From Podarcis melisellensis (taxonomy: Eukaryota): a stretch of 64,000 nucleotides of DNA. The stretch lies in NCBI GenBank assembly GCA_964234715.1, contig OZ174290.1; one strand, written 5' to 3'. Under the pieces are notes generated by a model that was given only the letters and a program-made list of their open reading frames with translations, ran no database searches and was not told where the DNA came from. This document shows, in pieces, positions 33,419-45,699 of the stretch. The translations under genes were made by a program, and so were the position numbers. The first letter of the stretch is position 1, and each line of letters begins with the position of its first letter.

Positions 33419-36400
33419 CTGTTAAAGCAAAATAATAATAATAATAAATTTTAAGTTCACATGACATCAAGTACAGAAAGCTCTCTGTAACCTGGTTGGC
33501 AACTACTTTTGCCATGAGGGCTATTATAAGAAAGGAGCCAGGCCCCCCAAACCCTACTGTGACCCACTGCCCATGTGACCCCTTCACTCTGCAGTTGGCA
33601 AGAGTGGTGGGTCAAATTTTGTCCTAAAGAAGAGCCATCCCTTTCTAGGCCAGAATATCAGGACTACTGCTTTGGCACCCTGCTTGTCTGAACGTGTCCA
33701 GAGAAGGGCAACCAAAATGGTCAAAGGCCTGGAAATGATGCCCTATGAGGAATGACTAAGGGAGCTGGGCATGTTTAGCCTGGAGAAGAGGAGGTTAAGG
33801 GGTGATATGATAGCCATGTTCAAATATATAAAAGGATGTCACATAGAGGAGGGAGAAAGGTTGTTTTCTGCTGCTCCAGAGAAGCGGACATGGAGCAATG
33901 GATCCAAACTACAGGAAAGAAGATTCCACCTAAACATTAGGAAGAACTTCCTGACAGTAAGAGCTGTTCGACAGTGGAATTTGCTGCCAAGGAGTGTGGT
34001 GGAGTCTCCTTTGGAGGTCTTAGAGGCTTGACAACCATATGTCAGGAGTGCTCTGATGGTGTTTCCTCCTTGGCAGGGGGTTGGACTCAATGGCCCTTGT
34101 GGTCTCTTCCAACTCTATGATTCTATGATTCTATGAATTGTTATTCACTGGAATATTATTATGGAATTAACGCTGATGTACTGCTGCTACTTGATTGCCG
34201 TATGTCTTGTGTATTATGCACCACATCCAGTGCAATTTTCTCAAGGTAGCATATACCTTGAATGTTAATTAAAAATCCTTGTTTGAAAAGAACATGGACT
34301 GGTACAGCTTATTTTCTCTTCTCTGGTTATGAACTAGATCACTCCTTCTACGGAGGTGTGGTATGATTATGACAACTTGGCTTCTCTCATCTGTTTCAGA
34401 TTCAGTGTTGTTTTACACTCAAAAGCATGAAGTTTGACCCGGAAGCAGCCCTTGGCATCTAGAGCTTTGCAATTACATACAGTGCTGCCTCGCAAGACGA
34501 AATTAATCCGTTCCGTGAGGCTCTTCGTATAGCGGTTTTTTCGTCTTGCGAAGCAAGCCCATTGACAGCTTAGCGGATTAGCGCTATTAGCGGTTTAGCG
34601 GCTTTTAGCGATCAGCTGTTTAGCGGCTTATCAGCGGATCAGCTGATAAGCGGCTTAGCGGCTTAGGAAAAGGGGGGGAAGGGGGGAAAACCGCAGGAAC
34701 TCGCAAGACATTTTCGTCTTGTGAAGCAAGCCCATAGGGAAAATCGTTTTGCGAAGCGCCTCCAAAACGGAAAACCCTTTCGTCTAGCGGGTTTTCCGTC
34801 TTGCGAGGCGTTCGTCTTGCGGGGCACCACTGTATGTGGTTGCCTTTTCCAGAGTCAAACCACTGGTCCATCTAGCCCATTATTGTCTACTTTGACTGGC
34901 AACACATCTCCAGGGTTTCAGAGAGATCTTTCTCAGCACCTGCTAACGGATCCTTTGATCTAGGGGATGGTGCCTGAGAATTTCTCTATGCAAGGCATCC
35001 GCTCTATCAGTGAGATATACTGCCTTCAGTGTAGGAGGTTTCATCTAGCTCTTGTGTGCAGTCAGGTAGACTTTGGTAGAATTTCAGCTTTTTCAAAAGA
35101 CAGGTGTTTAGCCTTCATGGTCCCGGAAACAAAGGCAACAATGCTAAAAGATAAGAGATAGATCAAGGCATCTCTGCCAATCAGACCCCATCTCTCCTGG
35201 TGACACCCTAGTTTTAGAATTCCCTCTCTTAACTGGTTTTAGGACAGTTTCTCCCCACCCCCCGCCCAATAATAATAATAACCCAACACTACACAAGAAG
35301 ACACTTACAAAATTGATGGTGTTTTCAAAAGCCTTCCTCCTCCAGGCTGATTTGGAAAGACATCTTCCAAGAAGAAATATATATGACCAACAGCAATACC
35401 TAAAGTCAAGGGGAAATATTCAGAACCTTCTAAATGTGCTCCACACAGTCCTCAGTCTTGGATTATTGCCTGTATGCTGCTGTTTCTGGAAACTCAATAA
35501 ACACATTTTATTTATTTTAAAAAGGCCAGACTTTCACCAAAGTTCTGTGACCTTAGAGTGAAGGGATGGTTAATTAATTAATTAATTAATTAATAATACT
35601 GATTGAATGAATGACCATCATCGCCTTACCTAGAAGGTCAACAATAATAGAGTTTCCCAGTAAGAGTGAAAATCCCATGAGGACCCAGGGGAGAAAGGGA
35701 GCCTGGAAGATGAGAAGCCCAAAGAAGTTCATGCGGACGAAAGGGTTCCTGCGACTCCAGACGTAAACCAACATGATCGTAAACGCCTGTCCTAGGAAGA
35801 CCAAGTTGACGAACAAGCCAAAAAGCTGGTGGAGGAATGGTTAAAGAAAGAGCGGCTGCACTCATGTCAAGAAAACATAACCATTTAAAAACAAACAGCA
35901 GGAAGACCAATGGTGCAATACTGTAGGATGTGCTTCTTGTTCAGTTCTTTCTTTTAAAAAATCCAAATCTTGACACACACACACCCCCAAAAAAATAAGC
36001 CGATGAATAAACAAGATTTATCAACTTCCTTTTCTGCCCATCACAAAAGCCGAAACAAAAAGTTAAGATATCATGCCAAGCTATGGTTTGTGCTAGCCAT
36101 AGTTTAGAATCCCCACTACAGTTTGAGCTTCCAAACATACAACAGGGAAAACATGGTTCAGAGCTACTGCTTCCATTCTGATTAGCATGTTTGCACAGAG
36201 CAACCTTCTGCAATCTAGTGATCTCTAGATATTTTGGGTTATTATTTATATACCACCTTTTTCTTCCAAAGAGCTCGAAGGTGGTGCATGTGGTTCTCTT
36301 CCTCCCCCATTTCACCCTCACAACAACCCTGTGAAGTAGGTTAGGCTGAGAAATGGTGACTGGCCCAAGGTCACCAGTGAACTTCATGGCTCAGTGGGGA

Positions 36401-39400
36401 TTTGAATCCTGGTCTCCCAAGTCATAGTCCAACAATCTAATTTACGCCATGCTACACCCACCATCCGGGAGCACAGACCCTGCTGCTTGGGGTTGATGGA
36501 TGTTGGAATCCTAAACATCTGGAGGGCACCATGTTGGGGAAGGCTTCACCAGGACCAGGGAGCTCCAGGTCCTGGTCACCACTTGAGCCACAAAGTCCAC
36601 TTGGGCCTGTCATCCATACTCAGCTTAACCTACCCTAAAAGGATTGCTGCAAAACTGGAGAACCACTTTGCTATAATGATTTATTCAGCTCTTTTCAGTC
36701 TCACAGTATCTTTATCTCAACACCGAAAAGGATACAGTCATTAATAGTCCACCAAAAAGGAACATAAATACAAAGTCTGCTGTCCGGCCCCGGAATGATC
36801 CTTCCTCAAGCATTCGGCAGTAGCGGTATCTGAAGTTATTAAGGTCAGGAAAAACGCTCGATAACAGGCAGGCATTTACCATTTTTATCTTTGCAGGGAA
36901 ATGAAAAATACATTCTGCACTTAAACAGAATTACTTGCAAGTATCAGATAGGCCTAGGATTAAAACATGTGATGCTGTAGAATACTATGTTAAAAGCTAA
37001 AATGAAATGAAAGAAAGATGTTAATGGACTAAGTAAATTATATGTGAAAATAGTTTTGGAAAAATGCAACAATGATATATATGGAAACTGAGCCAGGGGG
37101 ATTTGAGGAAGTTACCCAACAATGTCAACAAAAGTGGAGTTATTATAGTTAGGATGTATGTATGTTTGTTTGTTTTCTGATTTCTTTATGTTTGTTGGTA
37201 TGTTTGTTATAAATTGGGAAAATTAATTTTAAAAAAAAATTGGAGGGGGAAATACATTCTGCATTTGAGTTTCAAAGAGTTCCTGAAACCAGTCTCTGGG
37301 CATCAGAAGGGATTTGGGTAGGTGGGTGGGGGGGAAAGGATTTGAAGCCAGCAAAGAGGGGCATATGCAGTCTGATTTCATACCAAGCAGCCACAAAATG
37401 TGTCAACATTCTTAACGGAAGTGAAGCAAATGGACAGGCAAGGCTCCATAACTCATACATCAGGGGCGTCTGCTAAAATGAAAATAACTCGACGGAATCT
37501 TAGCAAGGATCAGTCTCTCAACCTGCCTCATTCCCCATATAGCCAAGCAATATGGTTGCCAGGGCAACCCTGCCAACTTACTATGGCAAGGGCCATCTCA
37601 CTTTTCCCAGAACTCAGTAGCCACCAGCATTAAAATGAAGGAGGGGAGAGGATGTTTTCTGTCCAAAGTGGCTGCATTTCAGCCAACAAGGCTTCCTTCT
37701 ACTGATTAATTCACAAGTTGCTTTTCTGCAGAAAGAACACAATACCCAAACCCACTTAAAGGTGTAACAAAACTCAGCAAAAAACCAACTGATCTCAATG
37801 TGAGTCTTGGAAAAGAGGAATCTTGACCCTTATGCAAATTTGTAGAGTTTGTTTTTGTAACCGTGGCCTTCATCTAAGCACAGGACTTTCTAAATAATTT
37901 CCATTTATGTTTAGTCAGTCAATCATTTATTTATTGTGTCTGACTAAAAGCCATTACAAATTCAATTACAGATCCAGCAAGTCAATTAAAACCTGATAAA
38001 GAAAATCCAGAGATATACATCCATTTACAATAAGTCAAATTAATGAATCACCTGTGCAGTCTACAACATTGTCTTTTATATAGCTAGCATTAATAATTTT
38101 AGCGGCTTTAGCAAATAGGACTGTTTTGTATGTGACAAGCAGATCACAATCAGATAATAGCCAACATATTTTCACTTCAGGGTTCTGTCCCTGTAGTGGT
38201 GTGTTTATATTTAGCAATAGGACTACTGTACCAAAGTTCATCCACTTCGAAGGACTACAAATATATTTATTCAAAACATTGCTTTCCCTCTCGTTTCATA
38301 TACTTCATGCAGCTTACAGAACAAACCATTAGAAATATTAGTAACGAAAACATCACGGATGAGCTACAATTTACGTGTCTGTAACTACTGCAGTTACTAC
38401 CGTAACTACTCTAATCCCATGGAATGTCTTGAGGTAAAGTGTGAAGCAGTATTTTCACCTAGTGCAATGTTCCTGCCTGCACTGGGTGTTCAAAGGTTGG
38501 GTGCCAACACACAAAATGCCTCCTCCCTTGGCAGTCATATCCAAAGATGGGGCACCGGGAACAGTGTCAAAAAATATTTTAAAACCAGCCTATACAAGGT
38601 GGGCTATGTAACTGTGAAGCCAGCGCAAATCTTTCTACTATAAGCCCAAGACCAAACAACCCTTGAGGGCCAGATACAAACTGAACTTGAGAGAAGCAGC
38701 TCCTGCCAACTTTGTATTTATGCCTTCCCAGAGAGGCTCCTACAAACCTTCGATAATTTTTTTTGGTGCTCTGAGGAATTTTAGGCTAAAGGATACAAAA
38801 ATATCATATTAAATAAAAAATTAAATCCAACTGGTCCGAAGAAAAGGTAGTTCGTTACGAGCCTCCATACCTGCAAAACAGATGAGGGAGCAGATGTTAG
38901 TTACCTGCATGCTCTCAGGAAATGCTTCATTGCTTTAATTCAGGGGTAAGCAACCTAAGGCCCAGGGGCCGGATCCGGCCCAATTGCCTTCTCAATCCGG
39001 CCCACGGATGGTCTGGGAATCAGCGTGTTTTTACATGAGTAGAATGTGTGCTTTTATTTAAAATGCATCTCTGGGTTATTTGTGGGGCATAGGAATTCGT
39101 TCATTTCCCCCCCCCAAAAAAATATAGTCCGGCCCACCACATGGTCTGAGGGACGGTGGACCGGCCCACGGCTGAAAAAGGTTGCTGAGCCCTGCTTTAA
39201 TTAGAAGGAATCTCAATTTGCTTTAAATCATCTAACCTTTCAGACCGATGGCCTCATTCACTCTTTGCTTACCAAACAATCAATCTGATAGGAGTAAAAG
39301 CACAAAGTCCAGTCCTGCGCCCTATCTACTTTTTGATTTTTTTTGCCACTACCACCAGAAAACAGTGGGGTCTTGGGAGATCAGACCCCTGGCTTATGAA

Positions 39401-42400
39401 TTAAATGCACAAGTTAAGTCCACATTGCACAGAAAACGTATTTTCTTCCCTTTCTTTAATCAGACAGAAATTAAATAATTAACATCTGAGTTTGCATAGA
39501 GCACCTTTTCGTTATCACTAAGTGAAAGCTCCATTAATTTCCATGGGTCAACTCTCTGACTAGAACTCAATTTTGGCAGGACCCAGAATGCTTACGTTCT
39601 ATAAAAAAGTGAAAGTGGAGATCTGAATACTTTTTTAAATGTTAAATAACATTAGCAAAGAAGTCACTTTTCCACTAAAAAAATGGCAGTTCTGGGCAAC
39701 ACAGAGTTAGGGCTGGTTCTGCTGTGTTCTCATAATGAGTCCAGGTTTTAGAATGCAGAAGAGGAAGAACAGAGATTGACCAGAGACGAAAGATTAAATG
39801 GGTGGACCCAAACCTCATCCATTAAAATGGCAATCTCCTGAACTACTCTACCAGATTTGAGTCTTCTGCCTTTCAACCCCTCTTTTCTCTATTGGTGTCT
39901 TAAAGACAAGATGAAAACAAAATCACAGCAGATCCAGCTGTGGCTTCCGTTCCACCACAATATGATGTAATCAGGCCACATAACACAGGCTCCCATTCCC
40001 ATCATAGCATGATGCAATCAGGCCACATTTAGTCTTCCACTCAAAAGAGGACAATCATTCTATTACTGCTCAATGGTATTAACATGCACGGAACCATTGC
40101 CTGGAGCGATCACAGAAGCACTTGTGCCTGTCCCACCCAAACCCTCAAATTCCACCTGCAGCAACCCCAAAACACCTCCCAGTTGGAGAGGCAGTTTGCT
40201 CATCTGCTGCATTCCACTAGTGTGAAAATGGCAGTGATTTTTCAGTTGTGGAAACACGGCTTTAACAACTGCCTTTAAAAGTCACTGACATGTAAAAAAA
40301 CCAACCCCAAAGCAAAATCTACTTACTTGAAAGTGTTTAAATATTAATTCAGGGTTGAAGTACAGCTGAAACGGCGTGATTAATTCTAATTGCTGAAACA
40401 AAGGAGAATGCAAAAGAGCTTAGAATTATTTCAGTGCAGTAATGTAACTTTTGAATTATGGTGCTGGAGGAGACTCTTGAGAGTCCCATGGACTGAAAGA
40501 TGATCAAGCCTATCCATTCTTAAGGAAATCAGCCCTGAGTGCACACTGGAAGGACAGATCGTGAAGCTGAGGCTCCAATACTTTGGCCACCTCATGAGAA
40601 GAGAAGACTCCCTGGAAAAGACCCTGATGTTGGGAAAGATGGAGGGCACAAGGAGAAGGAGACGACAGAGGACGAGATGGTTGGACAGTATTCTCGAAGC
40701 TACCAGCATGAGTTTGACCAAACTGCGGGAGGCAGTGGAAGACAGGAGTGCTCTGGCCCATGGGGTCACGAAGAGTCAGACACGAGTAAACAACAACAAC
40801 AATGTAACTTACAAATGAACCACTAGGTGCCAATATAGCTTTCGCCAACTTGGGCCCCTCAGACATTGAACTACAACTACACTGAACTACAACTCACCAT
40901 CTATAGCCATGCTGGCTGGGCCTGATGGGAATTGCCCTCCAAACATTTGGAGGTCACCAGTTTTGTGAAGGCTGAGCTAGTATGTCAATCAACTCTGCCT
41001 TGTATTCTAATTCTCAGATCTTTCCACTTAAGAACCTAAGAAGAGCATGTTGATTCAAGCCAGCGTCCCAATTTTACGGGAGAGGATGTGTAATAGTTAT
41101 TTGTTATTTTGTTACTTAACGTACTGAATTCATCAACATTTGCAAAAGCTGTTACTGACTTAAAAATGACAAGCACCTGTACTGTTGCGGACATTTTTAT
41201 TATTCTATGCCTAGATAGTATTCTTGAAAGTAAATAAAAATATACCAAAAAAGGAACAAAAAAAGAAACCCAGGTACTTTTGCAAAGCATAGTCTGGGTT
41301 AACCATAGTTTGGGCAATACTGGACTTCATTAATCATAGCTATGGGTGTCACTCAAGGCGCCACTGGTAAATGGGAATGCCAAACAAATAGAAAAATGAA
41401 AGGCTCATATGCTGGAAGGGGTGGAGTACTTTATTGGTAGAGCACATGCTCTGAGCACCAGTCAAAAGAACAATTACTGGCATGTCCAGTTAAAGATTCT
41501 CAAGACAGCAGGGCCAGAAAAGGCCACAGAGAGCTTCTGCTAACTGGAGCAGCCAATTCTCAATGATCTTCTGGTTTCGGAAAATACTGTTGAGCTCAAA
41601 CACAGAGCCTGTGCTTTGAGTACAGGTGGCCCCAAGTTCAGGTTCCCTAAATTTTCCTCCTACCCAACTACCTTAGGAGCTCAGGGCAGTGTACGCAGTT
41701 CTTCTGAGCCAATTTTAACTTTCATAACATTCCTGAAGGTAGGTTAGGCTGAAAGATGAAGTTGCATTGAGGTCACCCCAGTGAAAGCTTTGTGGGCAGT
41801 GGACCCAGTTGCTTCCTATTGTTGGTCCGAAAGCCTAACCACTACACTTGGCTAGCTCCTAAAGATGGAGGGGACACAGAAAGCTGCCTTATACTGAATC
41901 AGGCCACTGGTCTAACCAGCTTAGTATTGCTGACTGGCAATTGAACAATAAACAGAGTGGTGATACAATGACTACTGCAAACAGCACATGATAATATCAC
42001 CAAGGCAACTATCTGTAAACAAACAGGAAATGTCCATAAAAAGGGCAAAAATAGTTTCTTTCCCAAAGAGGTTTTATCTTAAACAAGAGCAAATGCAGTA
42101 AATAAAGAGTTCATTTGTAATTTATCAGTGGTTCAGCGCTCATATCTTCTCTTTCCAAAATATTTTTTTTCTTAAACACTTGCAAACACATTTAAAAAGC
42201 GTCCACTTGTGATATGCCAGTGGTTCAGTGCTTAGATGTCATTCCGGTAATCCGACGTTTCGTCACTGAAGAACTTAGTCATCTGACTGGCAGCAGCTCT
42301 CCATGATCTCAGGCAGGAGTCTTTCCTAGCCTTTCCTGGAGATGCCACCCATTGTGCAGGCAAAGCAGATGCTGTACTGCTCTTCCAGGAGCGTGGGTAG

Positions 42401-43344
42401 GCTTGCATAATCCCAACAGGATAGGCTTGCAGGGCATTAGCCAGCGGCTCATTGAGACTCCCACCATACCCAACCCCTGGCCATGCTCCAACATCGGATG
42501 GAGGGACACAGTTCTCTCACCTCGATTGCAAATGAAAAAGCCAGTCTTTGGAAAAGGGTCATAACTCAGTGGTAGAGTGCCCACCTTGCAAGGGAAGGAG
42601 ACCAGGTCCAGCGCCTGATGGCATCTCCAAGTAAGGTTGGGGTCTGAAACGTTGGGAGCGCCACTGCCAGCCAGTGCTGATCTACATGGACCATAGTCCA
42701 ACTCAGTATAATGGTCACCTCCAGACTGGATTATTGTAACTCGCTCTACGTGGAGCTGCCCTTGAGACTGACCCAGAAACTCCAGCGGGTGCAGAATGCC
42801 GCGGCAAGACTCCTTACAGGGTCCTTGCTGCGGGATCACATTCACCCGGTGCTACACCAGCGGCACTGGCTCCCGGTGGAGTACAGGATCAGGTTTAAGG
42901 TGCTGGTTTTAACCTTTAAAGCCCTATACGGCCTAGGACCCTTCTACCTATGGGACCGCCTCTCCTAGTATGTCCCACAGAGGACCTTATGGTCTTCAAA
43001 CAAAAACACCTTGGAGGTCCCAAGCCACAGAGAGATTAGGCTGGCCTCAACCAGAGCCAGGGCTTTTTCAGCTGTGGTTCCAATCTGGTGGAACGCTCTG
43101 TCACAAGAGACTAGGGCCCTGCAGGACTTGACATCTTTCCGCAAGGCCTGCAAGACAGAGCTGTTCCACCAGGCCTTTGGCCAAGGCACAGCCTGACAAT
43201 CCTCACAGAACTCTAGCCCAATGGTTGCCATTAATCTGATTTTGAACTGATTTTAGAATGAATTGCTTTTAGAATGCTGTATTACTTTACTGTTGTTATC
43301 CGCTCTGAGCCTGGCTTCGGCTGGGGAGGGCGGGATATAAATAA

Positions 43345-43378
<34 letters not shown>

Positions 43379-43805
43379 GGCAGCTTCCTAGGTTTCTCTC
43401 TTTCAATGAGCTGGCCTACCTTGCAGGGTGGCTGGGAGGATATTGAAAAGGGTATTATGAATTTCTAGAAGAAGGAAGAGCGGGATGAACTGTGGGCTTA
43501 ATTAGCAGCTTAAAGCAGGCCATTCATTAAGCTCATGGACTGGCACCAAGAGAGAGGGGGAGCTTGCAGGCAGTCCAGCCTGGGCGACCTCATGCTGGAG
43601 GCGGGGCGTGGGCGGGACTATGCTAATGAGCATCGGCCCTTCGCCCCGCCCCCTCGGAAGACAGGGGCCCGGCGGGTAGGCCGAAGCCTCCCTCCCTCCT
43701 CCCCTTACTCACCACGGCGGCGGTGGTGAGGACGCAGGCAGTGGTGTAGGCCCGGGTGACGGGAGGCACCTGCAGGTATTCCTGGCGGAAGGTCTGGTAC
43801 GCCAT
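33313..43805 (-). CDS. DERL2: Derlin-2 (ERAD rhomboid pseudoprotease), whole gene, 239 aa
   Basis: join(43713-43805,40327-40392,38797-38870,36736-36829,35630-35825,35309-35399,33313-33418) = 720 nt; ends [16 protein letters not shown] (SHP box). Confidence 0.97.
33688..34136 (+). mobile_element. CR1 LINE 3' fragment
   Basis: [22 protein letters not shown]...[15 protein letters not shown]; (ATTCTATG)n tail. Confidence 0.9.
34480..34832. mobile_element. Type B MITE with TTAGCGG-repeat core
   Basis: Same termini and subterminal blocks as 9997-10736; TA flanks; DERL2 intron 6. Confidence 0.85.
35309..35399 (-). CDS. DERL2: DERL2 exon 6
   Basis: [29 protein letters not shown]; tag/gtaagt. Confidence 0.95.
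35630..35825 (-). CDS. DERL2: DERL2 exon 5
   Basis: [28 protein letters not shown]...IVDLLG; cag/gtaagg. Confidence 0.95.
36736..36829 (-). CDS. DERL2: DERL2 exon 4
   Basis: [31 protein letters not shown]; donor GTATCCTTT (U12-type). Confidence 0.95.
38797..38870 (-). CDS. DERL2: DERL2 exon 3
   Basis: [24 protein letters not shown]; donor GTATCCTTT (U12-type). Confidence 0.95.
38941..39194. mobile_element. hAT (Charlie-like) non-autonomous element in DERL2 intron 2
   Basis: CAGGGGTAAGCAACC...GGTTGCTGAGCCCTG; perfect 8-bp TSD CTTTAATT; repeated CCGGCCC subterminal motifs. Confidence 0.88.
40327..40392 (-). CDS. DERL2: DERL2 exon 2
   Basis: [22 protein letters not shown]; cag/gtaagt. Confidence 0.95.
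40451..40800 (+). mobile_element. BovB (RTE-clade LINE) 3' fragment
   Basis: Encodes [25 protein letters not shown]; (CAA)n tail; 10-bp TSD AATGTAACTT. Confidence 0.9.
42711..43378 (+). mobile_element. L2-clade LINE 3' fragment
   Basis: [12 protein letters not shown]...[13 protein letters not shown]...[12 protein letters not shown]; tail GGGGAGGGCGGGATATAAATAAA(TTA)n. Confidence 0.88.
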
Positions 43806-44000
43806 CTTGGCGCCGGCGCCGCCTAAGCACTTCCCTCGCCTCTTGGCGTCCCCTCAGCCTCGACCAATCCGTGCCGGCAACGATTGGCCAATCAAGAGCC
43901 TTCCCCGCCCCCGCTTTTCCCCGCCCTCTATCTCCGCTCCGGCAAATCAGCGCCGTCTTCCTTCGCCTTCGCAAGCCTAATCGGAGTCGAAGACTTCGAG
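43600..44000 (-). promoter_or_regulatory. CpG-island promoter of DERL2 (three CCAAT boxes, GC boxes, YY1-like AAGATGGCG at the ATG)
   Basis: CCAAT at 43864-68, 43883-87 (minus) and 43888-92; CCCCGCCC boxes at about 43902-43927. Confidence 0.75.
43713..43805 (-). CDS. DERL2: DERL2 exon 1
   Basis: [31 protein letters not shown]; donor gtgagt. Confidence 0.95.
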
Positions 44001-44103
44001 CCCATAGATTAAATAGATTTAGAGTCATGCTACAGAGGCGACATGGGAGTCTTGTGTCTCCTTAAGAATAGAGGCAGGCGGATAAGGGTAAGAGTGATCC
44101 ATT

Positions 44104-44230
44104 CAGCGGTTCTCAACTTGTGGGTCCCCAGATGTTGCTGGACTACAACTCCCAACATCCCTGAGCTGGCTAGGGGTGATGGGAGTTGTAGTTCAACAAC
44201 ATCTGGGGACCCACAGGTTGAGAAAGGCTG
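44104..44230. mobile_element. Palindromic hAT MITE with CAGCGGTTCTCAAC termini
   Basis: Nearly full-length hairpin; internal GACTACAACTCCCA/TGGGAGTTGTAGT; no clear TSD. Confidence 0.7.
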
Positions 44231-44646
44231 CGAGTCTAAGCCTAAGGAACACACTTGATTCTTGTTGCGGGGATATCAGTGGTAGCTCAGTGGCAGCAGA
44301 GTATCTGCTTCGCGTGGAGAGCCGCTGCCAGTCAGTGCAGACAATACTGAGCTATAGATGACCCGACGGTTTGACTCCCTGTATGGCAGCTTCCTGTTAT
44401 GTTCCTATGCCTCAGTGGAGTCCCAGGTTTCTGAAGGAGGAAGAAGAGCCCACTGGCCTTTGTTGCAGTTGCAGTTGAAAGTTCCTCTTTCAGCCCATTG
44501 ACGCCAAGAGTGAACAGCCCTGCAGGGTTGGCCTAAGCGTCAACTTCAGCTCCATTCGACGTACAGCTGACAACCATTGGGCAACACTGCAAGGACGTTG
44601 TAAATTAACTCCGCCCAATCCCTAATCTGCAGCATAGATCAGCAAC

Positions 44647-45503
44647 TGTAGGGATGGCAGCTAGTGCTGCCAAATGCAGCAGTTCTTTCCAAGAATATCA
44701 GGACAAAAGGAATGAGGAGGTGGGAGGGGAACCAAGACAGTTTTATTAACAAACAAGCATACAAAGCATAATATAAAATATACCCAACAAGGGCCACCCA
44801 ATCTCCCCTTCAGCTGCCCGGATCTCCAGGTAGAGCAGCAGGAGAAAGACCCCGACCGTTGGTCTCCCAGCATCAGGGCCTTTGATCTCCCCGGGCCCCT
44901 CCCACCTATGGCTTTTATAGCCTGCCTTGATGTAATCAAGTGCACCTGGCATTAGGTAAAGGTACACCTGACCATTAGGTCCAGTTGTGACCGACTCTGG
45001 GGTTGCGGAGCTCATCTCGCTCTACTGGTCGAGGGAGCCGGCGTACAGCTTCCGGGTCATGTGGCCAGCATGACTAAGCCGCTTCTGGCATGCCAGAGCA
45101 GCGCACGGAAGCGCTGTTTACCTTCCCGCTGGAGCGGTACCTATTTATCTACTTGCACTCTGATGTCCTTTCGAACTGCTAGGTTGGCAGGAGCAGGGAC
45201 CAAGCAACGGGAGCTCACCCTGTCGCGTGGATTCAAACCGCTGACCTTCTGATCAGCAAGTCCTAGACTCTGTGGTTTAACCCACAGCGCCACCCGTGTC
45301 CCTTGCACCTGGCATTACTCAGGATTAATACAGAGCGGCTGAGTGCCTCCCACTACCTGCAGTCGGCATCCAGCCAGCACTTGCAACACAGAAGAAACTC
45401 CGGACAGGTGTGTAAAACACAAGAATCCAACTGGGGATGTTAAAGGGAAAGGGACATGCCACCTAACTCTCGAAATACAATTGTCTTCTGCATTTTCACT
45501 ACA
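44647..45503 (-). mobile_element. Probable solo LTR interrupted by a Sauria SINE
   Basis: TGTAG...CTACA ends; on the minus strand TATAAAAG (about 44912-44919) lies about 170 nt upstream of AATAAA (44742-44747). Confidence 0.45.
44955..45303 (-). mobile_element. Sauria SINE, full length, with 14-bp TSD
   Basis: Reverse complement of the 3734 copy; TGCACCTGGCATTA at 44941-44954 and 45304-45317. Confidence 0.9.
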
Positions 45504-45699
45504 CACCTCTGTAGGGATGGCAACCCCTTCAGCTGGACCTCTCCCCCCTGCAACTGCAGATTCGTTAGATTAGATTATTACTCTATTATATATTATTCTA
45601 TTATTTAATTTCTGGTTGGCAGCGATTCTCTCAGCCTCATCCCAGTCTGCAACCTGCAATAGGGATGCTTACACTGCAGGAGTGTTAATGGCTGCTAGC

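Noticed and set aside
34570-34665. Telomere-like repeats
   Set aside because: The unit is TTAGCGG, not TTAGGG, and it lies inside a MITE
35400-35416. U12-like branch sequence CCTTGAC in DERL2 intron 5
   Set aside because: The donor is U2-type GTAAGG and the motif is too close to the AG
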